64,000 bases of DNA from the human T2T-CHM13v2.0 reference genome, Homo sapiens: NCBI RefSeq assembly GCF_009914755.1, contig NC_060941.1, one strand, 5' to 3'. Position numbers and translations under genes: made by a program. The notes beneath the pieces were generated by a model. It ran no database searches. It had not been told where the DNA came from and saw only the letters and a list, made by a program, of their open reading frames with translations. Below, one piece after another: positions 44,278 to 57,848 of this stretch (the stretch's first letter is position 1; every line of letters begins with the position of its first letter).

Positions 44278-46907
44278 CAGTTAACTCTTGAATAACATTA
44301 GTTTATTGTAGGTGGATTTTTTTCAATAAATATGTTAGAAATTTGGGGGAAGATTTGTGACAATTTGAAAACCTCACAGATGAACCACATTGTCTAGACA
44401 TATTGAAAAAAATTAAAGAAAAATTAGGTATATCATGAATGCATAAAATATATGTAGATATTAGTCTATTTTGTCATTTACCACTGTAAACTATAAACAA
44501 ATCTATTATGAAAAGTTAAACTATATCAAAACATGCATAGAAACTCTTACATACCATACATGTTGCCATTAGCAATCAAGAAAAATGTAAACATAAAGAT
44601 GCAGAATTAAATCATGACTGCATAAAATTAACTGTAGAACACACTGTACTACTGTAATAATTTTGTAGTCACCTCATGTTGCTACTGTGATGAGCTCAAG
44701 TGTTGTAAATATTCCCTTAAAATGCTGTGTGAGGCTAATCATCTTATTCTCAAGCAAATGGCATATCTCAGTAAAAAGTGGCTTCTCATGGTTCTTGCAG
44801 ATCTTTCATTGTGTTTAGTGCAATACCATAAACTTTGAATAATACCGTAGGACCTAGGAATTGCCACTAGTGATTCCAGAAGTTCTCCCAAGAAGCAGAG
44901 AAAAGTCATGAGATTACAAAAAAAAAAAAAGGTTGAATTGCTTGATATGCACCATAGATTGGGGTCTGCAGTTGCAGTTGCCTGCCATTTCAAAATAAAT
45001 AAATCCAGTGTAAGGACCATTGTAAAATAAGAAAAGGATATTTATGCATCTGTCACTGTAGCCACACCAGCAGGCACAAAAACCTTGCACTTTTTTTGAA
45101 ATACTTTGAAATCTCACATTGATGATCCAACTTTTATACCTATAGGCTTTAATACAATTTGAGAAAAAGTGAAGTCATTATATGACAACTTAAATAAAAG
45201 GTTAAAGATCTAAGGCTGGAGAATGTAATGCCCTCAAAGGATGCTTTGTTAATTTTAGAAAGAGGTTTAACTTAAAAAATGTCAAGATAACAGAGAAAGC
45301 AGCTTCCGCCAATCAAGAGGCAGCAGACAAGCTCCCAGATGCTATTAATAAAATCATTGAAGAGTAAGTGTATCTGCCTGAACGCATTTTTAATACAGAT
45401 GGAAGTGCCCTCCCTATTCTGGGGGGAAAAGTGCCACAAAGGACACTGATTAGTAGAAAACAGAATCAAGCACCAGGATTTAACGTAGAAAAGGATAGGC
45501 TATTTGTGCAAATGCAGTTGGGTTGATGATCAGTACTGCCATTATCTATAAAAGCTGATAACACTCAAGACTTGAAGGGAAAAGATAAACACCAATTGCC
45601 AGTCTTTTGGTTATACAACAAGAAGGCCTGGACAATGAGAACCCTTTTTCTGGATTAGTTCCATGGATGCTTTGTCCCTAAAGTCAGCAAGTATCTTGCC
45701 AGTAAGGAACTGCCTTTTAAAGTTATTTTGCTACTGGACAGCACCCTTGCTAACCCAGAACCATGTGAGTTCAACACTGACGGCAACAAAGCGGTCTGCT
45801 TGCTCCCAAACACATCTCTAATCCAACCTCTAGATCAGGGGTCATAAGAACTTTTCAGGCTCATTACACACAGTACTCTATGGAAAGGATTGTCAACATC
45901 ATAGAAGAGAACCCAATAGAGAGAACATCATGAAAGTCTGGAAGGATTCCACCATTGGAGATGCCATTGTTATAGAAAGAGCTGTGAAAGCCATCAAGCA
46001 TGAAACAATAAATTGCTGCTGAAGAAAATTGTGTCCAGATGTTGTGCATGACTTCACAGGATTTACAATAGAACTAAACACAGAAATAAAAAAGAGATTG
46101 TAGATAGGGCAAATAGGGTGGGGAGTGAAGGGTTTCAAGACCTGGATCTTGGAGAAATTCAATAACTAATAGACACCACACCAGAGAAATTAACACAAGA
46201 CAATTTGATGGAAAGGAGGGTTTCCATTGCCAGATGATGAGAAAGAAGATGTAGAAGAAGCAGTGCCAGAAAAAGAATTGACATTAGACAATCTGAAAGA
46301 AGGATTCTGATTATTCAAGGCTCCTTTTGACTTATTTTATGACATGGAATCTTCTATGATACAGGCACTGAAACAAAAGCAAACAGAGGGAAAAGGATTG
46401 GAGCTATATGGAGATATTTTTGGAGAAATAAAAAAGCAAAAAGTAAGACAGAAATTATAATATATTTCTGTAAAGTTACACCAAGTGTGTCTGTCTCTCC
46501 CGCCTCCCCTTCCACCTCTTCCACCTCTTTCACCTCTGACACCCCTAAGACAGCAAGACCAACTCCTGCTCTACCTTCTCTTCCTTCTTGGCCTACTTAA
46601 TATGAAGACAACAAGAATGAAGACCAAGAATGATAATCCACCTCTACTTAATGAATAGTAAATATATCTTTCTTATGACTTTCTTAATAACATTTTCTTT
46701 TCTCTAGCTTACTTTATTGTGAGAATACAGTATATAATATATATATACAAAATACACGTTAAGCAACTATGTTATCAGTAAGATTTCAGTCAACAATAGG
46801 CTATGAGTAGTTAAGTTTTAGAGAGTCAAAAGTTACACATGAATTTTCAATTGCATGGGGGTAGGGGGTTGGTGCCTCTTACTCCGACGTTGTTCAAGGG
46901 TCAAATA
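44278..46907 (+). mobile_element. Tigger2-type (pogo) DNA transposon fossil, near full length
   Basis: TIRs cagttaactcttgaataac / gttgttcaagggtcaaata flanked by TA; ~2.6 kb; decayed transposase (...IQPLDQGVI segment at ~45820). Confidence 0.88.
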
Positions 46908-47212
46908 TATTTTGATTTGAACAGGAATCATTCTCTTTTATATTCCATTGAATTTAAGTCCTCTGATTGCAGAAAATTTGCTTTGTTCATGGTTATATCC
47001 CAAGCAAAGTATCTGGCACATAGGAAGATACAATCAATATGAATGAATGAATAAATATTGGGAAGGGCAAAGAATAAGGAGGATTTCTATTTCTCTGTTT
47101 TTATTCACCAAATAATCAAAAAATATGCATATTAACAGTGCAGTTGATACAAAACACTTTGTTAAATAGTTACTGTAGTTACAGGAATAAAATTGGAGGA
47201 AGAAAAGGAAGA

Positions 47213-47566
47213 TTACACGGTTTGGCTCTGTCTCCCAACCAAATCTCATCTTGTAGCTCCCATAATTCCCATGTGTTGTGGAAGGGACCCAGTGGGAGAT
47301 GACTGAGTTATGATGGCAGGTCTTTCCTGTGCTGTTCTCATGATAGTGGATGGGACCAACAAGATCTGATGGTTTTCAAAACAGGAGTTGCCCTGCACAA
47401 GCTCTCTCTTTGCCTACTGCCATCCATGTAAGATGTGACTTGATCCTCCTTGCCTTCTGCCATGATTGTGAGGCTTCCCCAGCCACATGGAACTGTGAGT
47501 TCTCCATTAAGCCTCTTTGTAATCTTGGGTATATCTTTATCAGCAGTGTGAAAACAGACTAATACA
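47213..47566 (+). mobile_element. THE1 (THE1A-like) solo LTR
   Basis: Typical THE1 body; 5-bp TSD gaaga. Confidence 0.9.
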
Positions 47567-48584
47567 GAAGAAGAGGATAATAATTCCTATTGAGTACTTC
47601 ATGAACATTTACTATTTATCAAATATTTTAATGAGCAGTTTACCAGCACTATAATAGTTTATGCTCTTTTAAAATCTCAATCCTAAAACACTAGAAAGTA
47701 CTACTGTTATTATACATATATTCTGATGTTTAAATAACTGAACCTCAAAAGAACTGAAATAATGTGTTCAATTTCTTATAGCTACTAAGTGCCAGACCAC
47801 TGAGGATTAAAACCTGGGGCTATCTAACTCTAGAGCCAAAATTCTTAATCATTATACTTTCCTAAGGGATATTGTATCAGTCAACTGTCCATACATCAAG
47901 TCAATATATAATGTACTGGATACCATGAACTTATATATACAAAACAGATGTTTCTAAAAGCCTAAAACAGAGAAGCAGACATTTGTGAACTGGAAGATTC
48001 ACTATGTAAAGATATCATTTCTCCCCCAAAGTAATTTATAGATTCAATGCAATCCCAATTAATATCACTTCTTGTGGAATTTGACAAGAAGATTCTAAAA
48101 AGTGCACGCAAATGCAAAGAATCAAAAACAGCCAAGATACTTAAAAAAGAACAAGGTGGGAAGGTTTGCTCTCTCAAATAAAGCTACCATAATTGAGACA
48201 GCATGGTATTGATGTACAAATAGAAAAACAGATTAATGGAAGAAATCAGAAAGGCCAGGAATAGTCTTGATTGATAACAAAGGTAGCACTGCAAAGCAGT
48301 GAGATAATGATATGGACAAGTGGATATATAAATATGATACGTATCAAAAAGGCATATAAACAGTGTTTCTTCCGTATGTACAAGAAAAATTTTCTGAAGG
48401 AATAAACAATATAAACTGAAATAAGCTCAGGGTTTCATCAGCTTATTTTATAAACATTGTGTATACTTCAGAATCTCCTCAAAGATTTCGTGGCCATAGT
48501 ATTTGTAATTATTAAAGGTATTGCTCTAACAAAATATATAGCAATATATCTTCAGTATTCTATAAAAATTAAGTTGGATTTTCT

Positions 48585-48886
<302 letters not shown>

Positions 48887-49299
48887 TTACATTTTGTAAA
48901 TCTAACAATGCAAGTGAAGAATGTATCTTTGACCATCTTGCTTCTTTCACCTTTATTCCATTCCTTTTTGTCTTCTTACTACACTAATTACCACATCTAT
49001 ATTGTTTTACTCATCAAAAAAAAAAAAAAAAAAAGAAGTCTTCCATTAACCATTCCTTCTGGCAAGCAATGATAGCAACAACAATGCCTTGTAAGGAGTA
49101 ATTAAACACTTCCTGTTTCTGCTTCTGCATTCTATATTTATTCTTCCATCTGCTACAAACTGTATTCTGCATTCACTGCTTTATAAAACTGCAGTCTCAA
49201 AGTTAGTTGTAGACATCTGTATGTAGAGATATGATGTAACAGATACCCTAAAGGGTCTTACCCATACTGTACAATTAAATTTTGGGAAATTGAAACAAC

Positions 49300-51720
49300 T
49301 GTCCCTTACATACACTGCTAGTTTCAAGGGAAAAAAAAAAAGTGAGGAAATTCTTCAAGGACAAAAACAAAGCCTGAAACCCAACTTGGACCATTAAGTA
49401 AACACAAAATCTGCTTGGGCTGAGGACATGTCCCCATATCAGCCCATGAGTTAGGAAGATATGATTTGGGTTCTCTTTAAAGTCATTCCCTGCAAAGACC
49501 TTTAAGAGACTAAAATGAAACCCTCTTGATGGGAATTCCTTGTAAATCCCATATTGAGGCATGATACTCTAAGTTGGCTTGTACAATCGTAGATGGATTC
49601 TACACTGCATGTCTCACAAAAGTAAGTGAAAATCTTTTGGGGATGAAAACATCCCTAATACAGAGTCTTCGGAGTTCCACACTTTAAGGTCAACCAAGTA
49701 TGAGCTCCTCTCCCCGACAAAAACTTATCAAACATATAAGGCAATAAGCACTAGATGACTTTTGAGACTAGAATTGTCAAACGACAAGTAGAAATGTTGT
49801 TTTCAATGAAATGTTGAAATAAATCAAATATGAAATATAGAACAATAACAAGTAACAAAAGATTAGGAGAAATAACTAAGCATATTTTAAATAGAACCAA
49901 AAAGAGTTTTGGAAAACAAAATTGAAATTTTAAGTAGTCAATGAGTAAAAATAATTTAGATGCGGATGAATTTAAAACAAGTGAATTGGAAGAAACGTCT
50001 GAAGCTTCCCCAGAAGGCAGCAAGGACAAGGACATGGAAAATTTGAATGAAATGCTAACAGATGTAGAGAATAGTATGAAAAGCTAATATTATCTCAGTA
50101 GAGACTTTAAGTCAGACAGGCAATATCTGAAGTGGTATTGGCTGAGAATTTTCCTAAACTGAAGACAGAAATGAATTCCAGGCATCCCAATTTATACAAA
50201 AATAAAGATAAATAGAAAATCACACCTAGAAACACTGTAATGAAAGCTAAAGTCAGAGAAGGTTAGTCAATGAGAGAGCCTCTGCAAAGGATAGCAACTG
50301 ACTGATAGCAGACATCTGAACAGTTAAAATGTAAGCAACAAGAGAGTGAATTTTCAAAGTGATAAGAGAAAATGACTGTCAACCTAGAAATGCATAAGCA
50401 GCTAAATTATGTTTTAAGAATGAGGGTGAAAAAAGATTTTTTTTAAACTACGAGAGTTTATAGCTAACTGACCTGTTAAAGGAATATATAAATGATGCAT
50501 TTTGGGAAGCCAAAAAAAAAAAAAAAAAAAGATTGATCTCAAAAGGGAGGAAAAAAAGACTAAAATCCAAGTATGAATAGTGAACAAATAGATTGATTTA
50601 AAATGTACACAAATCTTTTTTAAGTTCTTAAAATGTTAATAAAAATGCTTATTTGAGGGATTAAAAAAAGAAAACCAAAACACTAGACAATAGCATGTAA
50701 GTAGGGTAAGAAATTATTAATAATAAAATCCTCAAAATATGGTGTTGGAAGTAATTAAGATATTTATTAACTTTAGGCTTTGTTAAGTTTAGCACATAAA
50801 AAATTTTTCAGGGGTGTTATGGGCTGAATTTTGCCTCCCCAAAATATATATGTTTAAATTTTAACCCCCAGTAGCTCAGAACATGACTATATTTAGAAAT
50901 AGTCTCTAAATGGGTAATTAAGTTTAAAGGATGCCATTGCAGGAGTCCCTAACCCAATGTGACTATTGTCCTTATAAGAAGGGGAGATTAGGACACAGAC
51001 GCGTCCAAAGGGAAGACCATGAGAAGACCTGGAAGAAGATGGCCCTCTATAAGCCAATGGGAGAGGCCTCAGAAGAAATCAACCTTGCCAATAGCTTGAC
51101 CGTGGACTTCTGACCTCTAGAATTGTGAGAAAATAATTCTGTTCCTTAAGCCTCCCAGTCTGTAGTACTTTATTATGGCAGCCCTAGCAAATTAATACAA
51201 AGTAATAAAATATAGATTATGACTTTCAAACCAAAAAAAAGAAAAATATGGAATAAAAACAAATTCAAACAAACAAAAAAGGGAAGAAAAAAGAGAAATC
51301 ACATACACAAAGCAAAAAGTAAAATAGTGTAACTTCAAGAATATCAAAAATCACAATAAACTCATTAAATTAAAAGCAGGTTGTTAAGTCTGAATTAAAA
51401 AACAAATAAAATCCAACTATATTTCTTTTACAAGAGACAGGCATTAAAGCATAAGAACAATAAAAGTTAAAAGTAAACACAAGTGGCAAAAAAGATTTAT
51501 CAAGCAAATACTGAACAAAAGAAATCTGGTGTACCTATATTAATATGAGACACATTTGACTTTATGGCCAAAAACCATAAGAATAAATAGGGCTGGTGTA
51601 TAATCATTCCAGACTTCAATGCACCAAACAAAATAGTTTCAAACTATACAAAGCAAAATTGGATTAAATTAAAAAGTGAAACTGACAAGCCTACCTTTAC
51701 AATGGAATTAGAAGAGAAAA
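49300..51720 (+). mobile_element. Old L1 (L1M) ORF1/5' ORF2 remnants
   Basis: A-rich decayed L1-like segments. Confidence 0.55.
50815..51199 (+). mobile_element. MLT1 (B/C-like) solo LTR
   Basis: tgttatgggctgaatt...gcagccctagcaaattaataca. Confidence 0.85.
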
Positions 51721-52860
51721 AAATAAAGATCAATGACTAATGCCGATGGTTAAGAAGACATTACCCTTGGTTATGATATTTGACCATTGTAGTACAACCA
51801 TTGATAAAACTGGCCCAAGGAATTATGTGATTAGCTGTCACAGGGATGTGATTTGGAAGCTTAGAAGCAATTTAGTAGCCTTTAGGATTTCTGCTGACAT
51901 ACTGAATTCTCCAACTGGTTGTGTTTGTGATATTCCTGTTTATACTAAATCCAACTTTTAAATACTACTCACAAAGGCCAACCAATGTAACTGTAACAGC
52001 TCCAGTGAAGTAAAACTTTGGTCCTTTTACCCTAATCCCTTCACCCTGTCCACAGAAAGAGAAAGGAAAATCCAGAAGAAGAAGAAGAAAAAAAGAGAGA
52101 GTCAAAGTGTAGACCTTGCTCTCTTTCTCACCGCTGATCCCCAAACTAAGGGCGTGCCTAAGATGAGCCTGGGGAGAGAGTTTTACATTGCTTAAGAAAG
52201 TTATGATTTGGACTTGACCAACCTTTTAGATTTTTTTTAGTTCTTTAAGTGAATCTTACTTAACAAAATTGGACTGTTTTAATGTTTGAAATGGTCAGAA
52301 AGCTATAGTAACTGCTTAAGATATCAGCTAGTGATAGGGAAGGAGATGCAGTAGCATATGCCTGAAGTAATAAGTAAATTATTTATTAAGAAAACAGTTT
52401 CTTATTTATTTTATTCATCTATATAGCCCCCTATCATGCTTGTTGTTTGTTTGTTTTTTAAGGAAGGAGAATTATTTAAGAGAAAAACATCACTGAGTTG
52501 AGAGGCCTGCGTTTAAGTCTGATTCTTTTCAGTTTTTCCCACTCTGTAAAATGAAGAAATGTCCTGAATGATCTAGTCTTTCAGCTGTTACATGCCATGG
52601 TTCCTACATATATTTTACTTCTTTCCAAAGAAACAGAGTTCTAAAAAAGAAACCTCAAAGAACAAATGGGAAATAAAGGAAATAAAATGAACAAAACATT
52701 CTGAACCCATAAACATGGTACAACAATAATGAAAGTACAAAAGAAAAACAAACAAAAAACCCTCCATTCTCTTCTAAGCAAAGTATTTATACTTAAATTT
52801 GCATTTAAAAAAACTTCAAGGAAATTTAATATAAATGTGCACGCATGTATATATACTTAC

Positions 52861-52974
52861 AATAAAAAAGCCAAAAGACCAAAAGCCATTATTTTTTCTC
52901 CACTTGCGAAAGATGAATGAAAGCACATATGTGAGGAATATAAGAGAAACTGCACAACCAATTATGCATACCAC
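52861..52974 (-). CDS. ABCA10: ABCA10 coding exon (TMD2)
   Basis: 114 nt; VVCIIGCAVSLIFLTYVLSFIFRKWRKNNGFWSFGFFI. Confidence 0.93.
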
Positions 52975-53186
52975 CTGCAAATAATGAGGATCAATGGCAA
53001 GATTAGAAATGGCAGGTCATAGAGGGAAAGAGGAGGGGAGATAATCAGGTCATAAAGCTGCCTAAGGCAATTTTCTTATTTTCTTGCATATTACATGCCT
53101 TTTGCTAATGACAAAACATTCATGAAAATGAATTTTCATTTTGATTCTACTATTATAATTGGCTTGTGGAAAAAGTGATCACTTAC

Positions 53187-53357
53187 CAAAACAAACATGA
53201 GTTCCCATGAAAGCTGGAATCCCAGAAATATGAAGTAGTAAATTAAATGTATTGAAAAGAGAATCAAGAAGTATAATGGAATGTCCACCAGAGCCTGTCC
53301 ACACCAGTATGCTGAAGGCCAGAGGCCTGAAATCCATAACTGGGATTGAACATTTTT
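53187..53357 (-). CDS. ABCA10: ABCA10 coding exon (TMD2)
   Basis: 171 nt; KNVQSQLWISGLWPSAYWCGQALVDIPLYFLIL...ELMFVL. Confidence 0.93.
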
Positions 53358-53985
53358 CTGACAAAGAATAGAAGGGATAGAGGAAGGGATCTTAGTTTGA
53401 AAAGATTTTGTGGTTATGTAAAAAAAATTGTTTAATAAATTTTAGAAATAGTATGTTATAGTGTCTGTGTGACAAAAAGCATCCTCCTAAAAATCTAGCA
53501 TCTCCAATGGAAATGTGTAGTTATTGGTTCAACAGAAAAGTCTCAGCTATTTTTAAAGTTAATTTACCCATTGATACAGATTAATGAAGATGACTACACT
53601 ATATATTTTTAAAGCCCAGTTTATTAAAGCGTAGTTAAATAATTGGAAACACTGTATGTCTGACATTTCATGCTATAGTTAAAAATCTAAATTCCCTTTG
53701 GAACTGTGAAATAACTGCATGGATCAAACAGTACCACATCTTCATCCCTGAAGTTTATTTAGCATGATTTCCCTTACAGCTGTGGCAATTTTATTGTGCT
53801 AAATGGTAAACTTTCTGACCTCTTTGAAATCATGTGTTTACTATAATCTATACTGATATTAGATTGTAATGTATGTGTAAAAACATTAACCAAAGTACAA
53901 CTGTGTGTGTATAAAACAATAAAATTGCAATTACTACAGTCAAATAAAATCAATCTCAATCTAATTTCCTCTCTCTCCCTCTTAC

Positions 53986-54093
53986 TTTATAATCGCTGAT
54001 GCTGCTCATGCCGATAAAAGGAGAAACGCAGTTTGTGATCAACAACAAAAATATGGACCCATCTATAAAACCAAGATCCAGCACTATGTCATC
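53986..54093 (-). CDS. ABCA10: ABCA10 coding exon
   Basis: 108 nt; DDIVLDLGFIDGSIFLLLITNCVSPFIGMSSISDYK. Confidence 0.93.
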
Positions 54094-54316
54094 CTGAAAG
54101 ATGAAAACACATCAGTAAGCTGTTGCAATTGTTACAAATTATACAAACATTATAAGATACGTTTCCAGGAAATAAAGAAAAACTCTGGAAGCATTCACCT
54201 GATTTAAGAAGCAAAGAGACAAGCAAACATGTTTTGTTAACCTTAGTGGCAGGTTCCATTCCCAGGAACAGCATGATATAAAAGAAATTCAAAATCTCAA
54301 TTTTATATGTATATAC

Positions 54317-54669
54317 GGTAGTCTCCCGTTTCCACAGGGGATATATTCCAAGACTCCAAGTGGATGCCTGAAACCTGGATAGTACCAAACCCTATACATA
54401 ATATGTTTTTTTAATCTGATAACTGAAATGGCTACTAAGTGACTAATGGGTAACATATACAGTGTGGACACACCAAACAAAGGGATGATTCACTTCCTGG
54501 GTGGGAAGCAGGACAGGGCAAGATTTCATCATGCTACTCAGAACAGCATGCAATTTAAAACATATGAATTATTTATTTCTGGAATTTTCCGTTTAATATT
54601 TTAGAACTACAGTTGACCAAAGGTAACTGAAACATCAGAAAGCAAAATCACTGTGAAGGGGGACTATTG
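54317..54669 (+). mobile_element. Tigger7/MER44-type MITE
   Basis: TIRs cggtagtctccc / gggggactattg with TA flanks. Confidence 0.8.
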
Positions 54670-55310
54670 TACTTAGAGGGCATGAGCAGTTTCTCTTTTA
54701 CATTTACATCTGATATTTTAGGGAGCTACAGTTATCATATCTGAAGCACTGAGTTAAGTTGTCATTTGTTCCAGTTCCCTATTTCCAAGTTGGCCTCTAA
54801 TAGTGATTGTTGTGAAGCTGGACTTATGCTTAGGCATTATGCCTAACTACGTGCAAGATACAATTAGAAGAGAGCAAATCTTCCCTGCCTACATAATTTG
54901 ACTTCTAAAATTGTTTAAATTAAACAATTGTCAAGGCATTGAGGGGTCTTTAAGTTTTTTTCAAGACACTGTAATTTATTATTATTATGACAAAAAAAAT
55001 CTAAAGAAAAGGAGTGCAGAAAAGGTAAGTTTTTGTCATAAATGCAGGTGCAGGTGGAAGGGCAAAAAAGAAGCAATGAAAAGGTTGTTCTAAGAGTATT
55101 AGTAAAGATGTGGGAAGAACCAGATTACCAGGGGCTAAATAAATGCACAATCATCAGTGTAAGGGAAGGGTAACACTTATGACTCCATATCCCTGCTTCC
55201 CAGTATCACCCCTGGGAAAGGATATTACCCATGTTGTTGATCCTGTTGCTTAATATTAAATGGGCCAATGTCATTGGTTGATGCACATATCTGTTTTCCT
55301 CTCTAAGAAT

Positions 55311-55462
55311 CGGACAAGACTTCATCATGCTACTCAGAACAGTGTGCAATTTAAAACTGATAAATTATTTCTAGAATTTTCTATTTAATATTTTTCAACC
55401 ATGGTTGACCAAGGGTAACTGAAACCGCAGAAAGCAAAATCATAGATAAAGGGGGACTACTG
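55311..55462 (+). mobile_element. Partial second copy of the Tigger7/MER44-type element
   Basis: 3' half only; shares its flank with the first copy. Confidence 0.8.
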
Positions 55463-56190
55463 TACTTAGGGTGTACAAGCAGTTTGGGTCCAACTAAAGA
55501 GATACCTTTTTCCTCCTTTATATCCTGCACTCTCTACTTGGGTGTACTGCTTAATTTTGCTACCCTAAATCTCTGCTTTTCTTTGCTCCCCCATCTCTCT
55601 TCTGCATATCCTCAACTTCATCCTAATGATTCCCAAAGTATGCATTATCTCCATCTACTTCTCTGGGTTCCTTGCTTTTAAAATATTCTACAGAAAGTAT
55701 CTACTTGGGTATACTCTGCTTTATCTAATATACTAAGTCAAAAACTAATACTAGCATCTCCTCCAAATAAACTTTCCTTTTCAACTTCCCCATTTCTATC
55801 AGTAGTTTTGTGACTGTTTCAATTTCCTAAGCTACAAAATTGTCTTCTTACATGCATACCTCTTTTTTATACTTCTTTCAATCTGCCATTTAATGCTACT
55901 ATTCTATGAAATTCACATGAGTTTTTCTTTTGTCACTTATTCCTCTTCCTGTATGCTGGTCCAGACACTTTTGTTAGCTTCTGTTGGTCCTTGACTGGCA
56001 TTTGAATATTAATATATGGTAGGAGGATCAGGGGGTCCAGATACACAGAAGGTCAGAGCTAACCAGTGAAAGTCATTATTAGGCAGAGTTCTAATATAGG
56101 CATTTGAATCCTTCACCATTGGGATTCCAATGCCATATTAGAACTTGACTTGTGAATGTCCAATTACGTTCCTTAGTATATTTCTATTTA

Positions 56191-56675
<485 letters not shown>

Positions 56676-57001
56676 CTATATGGGAGGTGCTCAATAACTA
56701 AGAATAGTTGTTTTTAAGATGAAAGCACTAGAATTTAAAACAGACCAGGAAGCAATATCAGGCAAGAACCAACAAGTAGCTAAGGAACAGATGGCACGTA
56801 GCTTAGTGAAGTACACATTTCAAAGTCTAGAAGGATAATAAGAAACAAAAAGGGCATAATTTTAAAATAGTGGGAAAATGAGGTTATTAAGAGAAGTCAT
56901 GACAGCTTTAGAAGACACCTTCAGCAATCAGAGGCAATGTACAGCCAAATCTAGACGCAAGTGAGCCTCACAGAATTGTGGAGATAGTGACTCTTCTATG
57001 C

Positions 57002-57186
57002 TAGTGGTTCTCTAAGTGTGGTCCCAGACCAGCAGCATCAACGTCACCCGGTACTTACTGGAAATGCAAGTTCTCAGACCTCACATCTGATCTACTAAAT
57101 CAGAATCTCTGGGGATGGTGTCCAGTAATCTGTTTTAACAAGCCCAGCAGGTGATACTAGTGTATGTTAAAGTGGAAGCACCTCTG
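57002..57186 (+). mobile_element. MER5A-like hAT MITE
   Basis: tagtggttctc...gtggtcccagaccagcagcatc...ctctg. Confidence 0.8.
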
Positions 57187-57726
57187 GTCTATGACTTCTG
57201 CTGGCATATAAATCAGCCCCAAGATTTGAGGTGTCCCTGAGAAAGGATGTTATTAAATCTGAGTAAAAGGGAAATTGTGACTGAAAATAAAAATAAATTA
57301 TCCTCCACAATGGGTGAGCAGTAAAATATACTATACTAATCCCTATTCTTACTATAATTGATCATTTTGTTTGGTTATGCATGAGTAAAAGAATGAATAA
57401 TTATTGTTTTCTTTAAAAAGAAAATACCTGTTTCTGGTGAAAATGCAACAACTAGAAAAAGACTGAAATTCTTAACTTTCCTAAAGAAACACAATTTCCA
57501 TTTGAATATTTTAAAAGTTATTCATGAGGGACTAAGAGAGAACTCACCTTCCCTGGATCCACAGGAGACAATTTAATATCCAAATTGCTTCCTTGACAAG
57601 CCTTCCGAACATTAATTTTGTCTAGATTTATATACACTGCAAGAGAAGAAGGTTATGTATCTATGCATCATCTCCTCTGTTTTCTGATTCGGTTTAGCAA
57701 AAAAGTAGATTAAAGAGCTCTATCTG

Positions 57727-57848
57727 TTGAACCCAGGAGGCGGAGGTTGCAGTGAGCCGAGATCACACCATTGCACTCCAGCTTGGGTGACAAGAGCAAA
57801 ACTCCATCTCAAAAAAAAACAAAAAAACAAAACAAAACAAAAAAAAAA
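57727..57848 (+). mobile_element. 5'-truncated Alu right arm
   Basis: ttgaacccaggaggcggagg...A tail; TSD ctctatctg. Confidence 0.88.
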
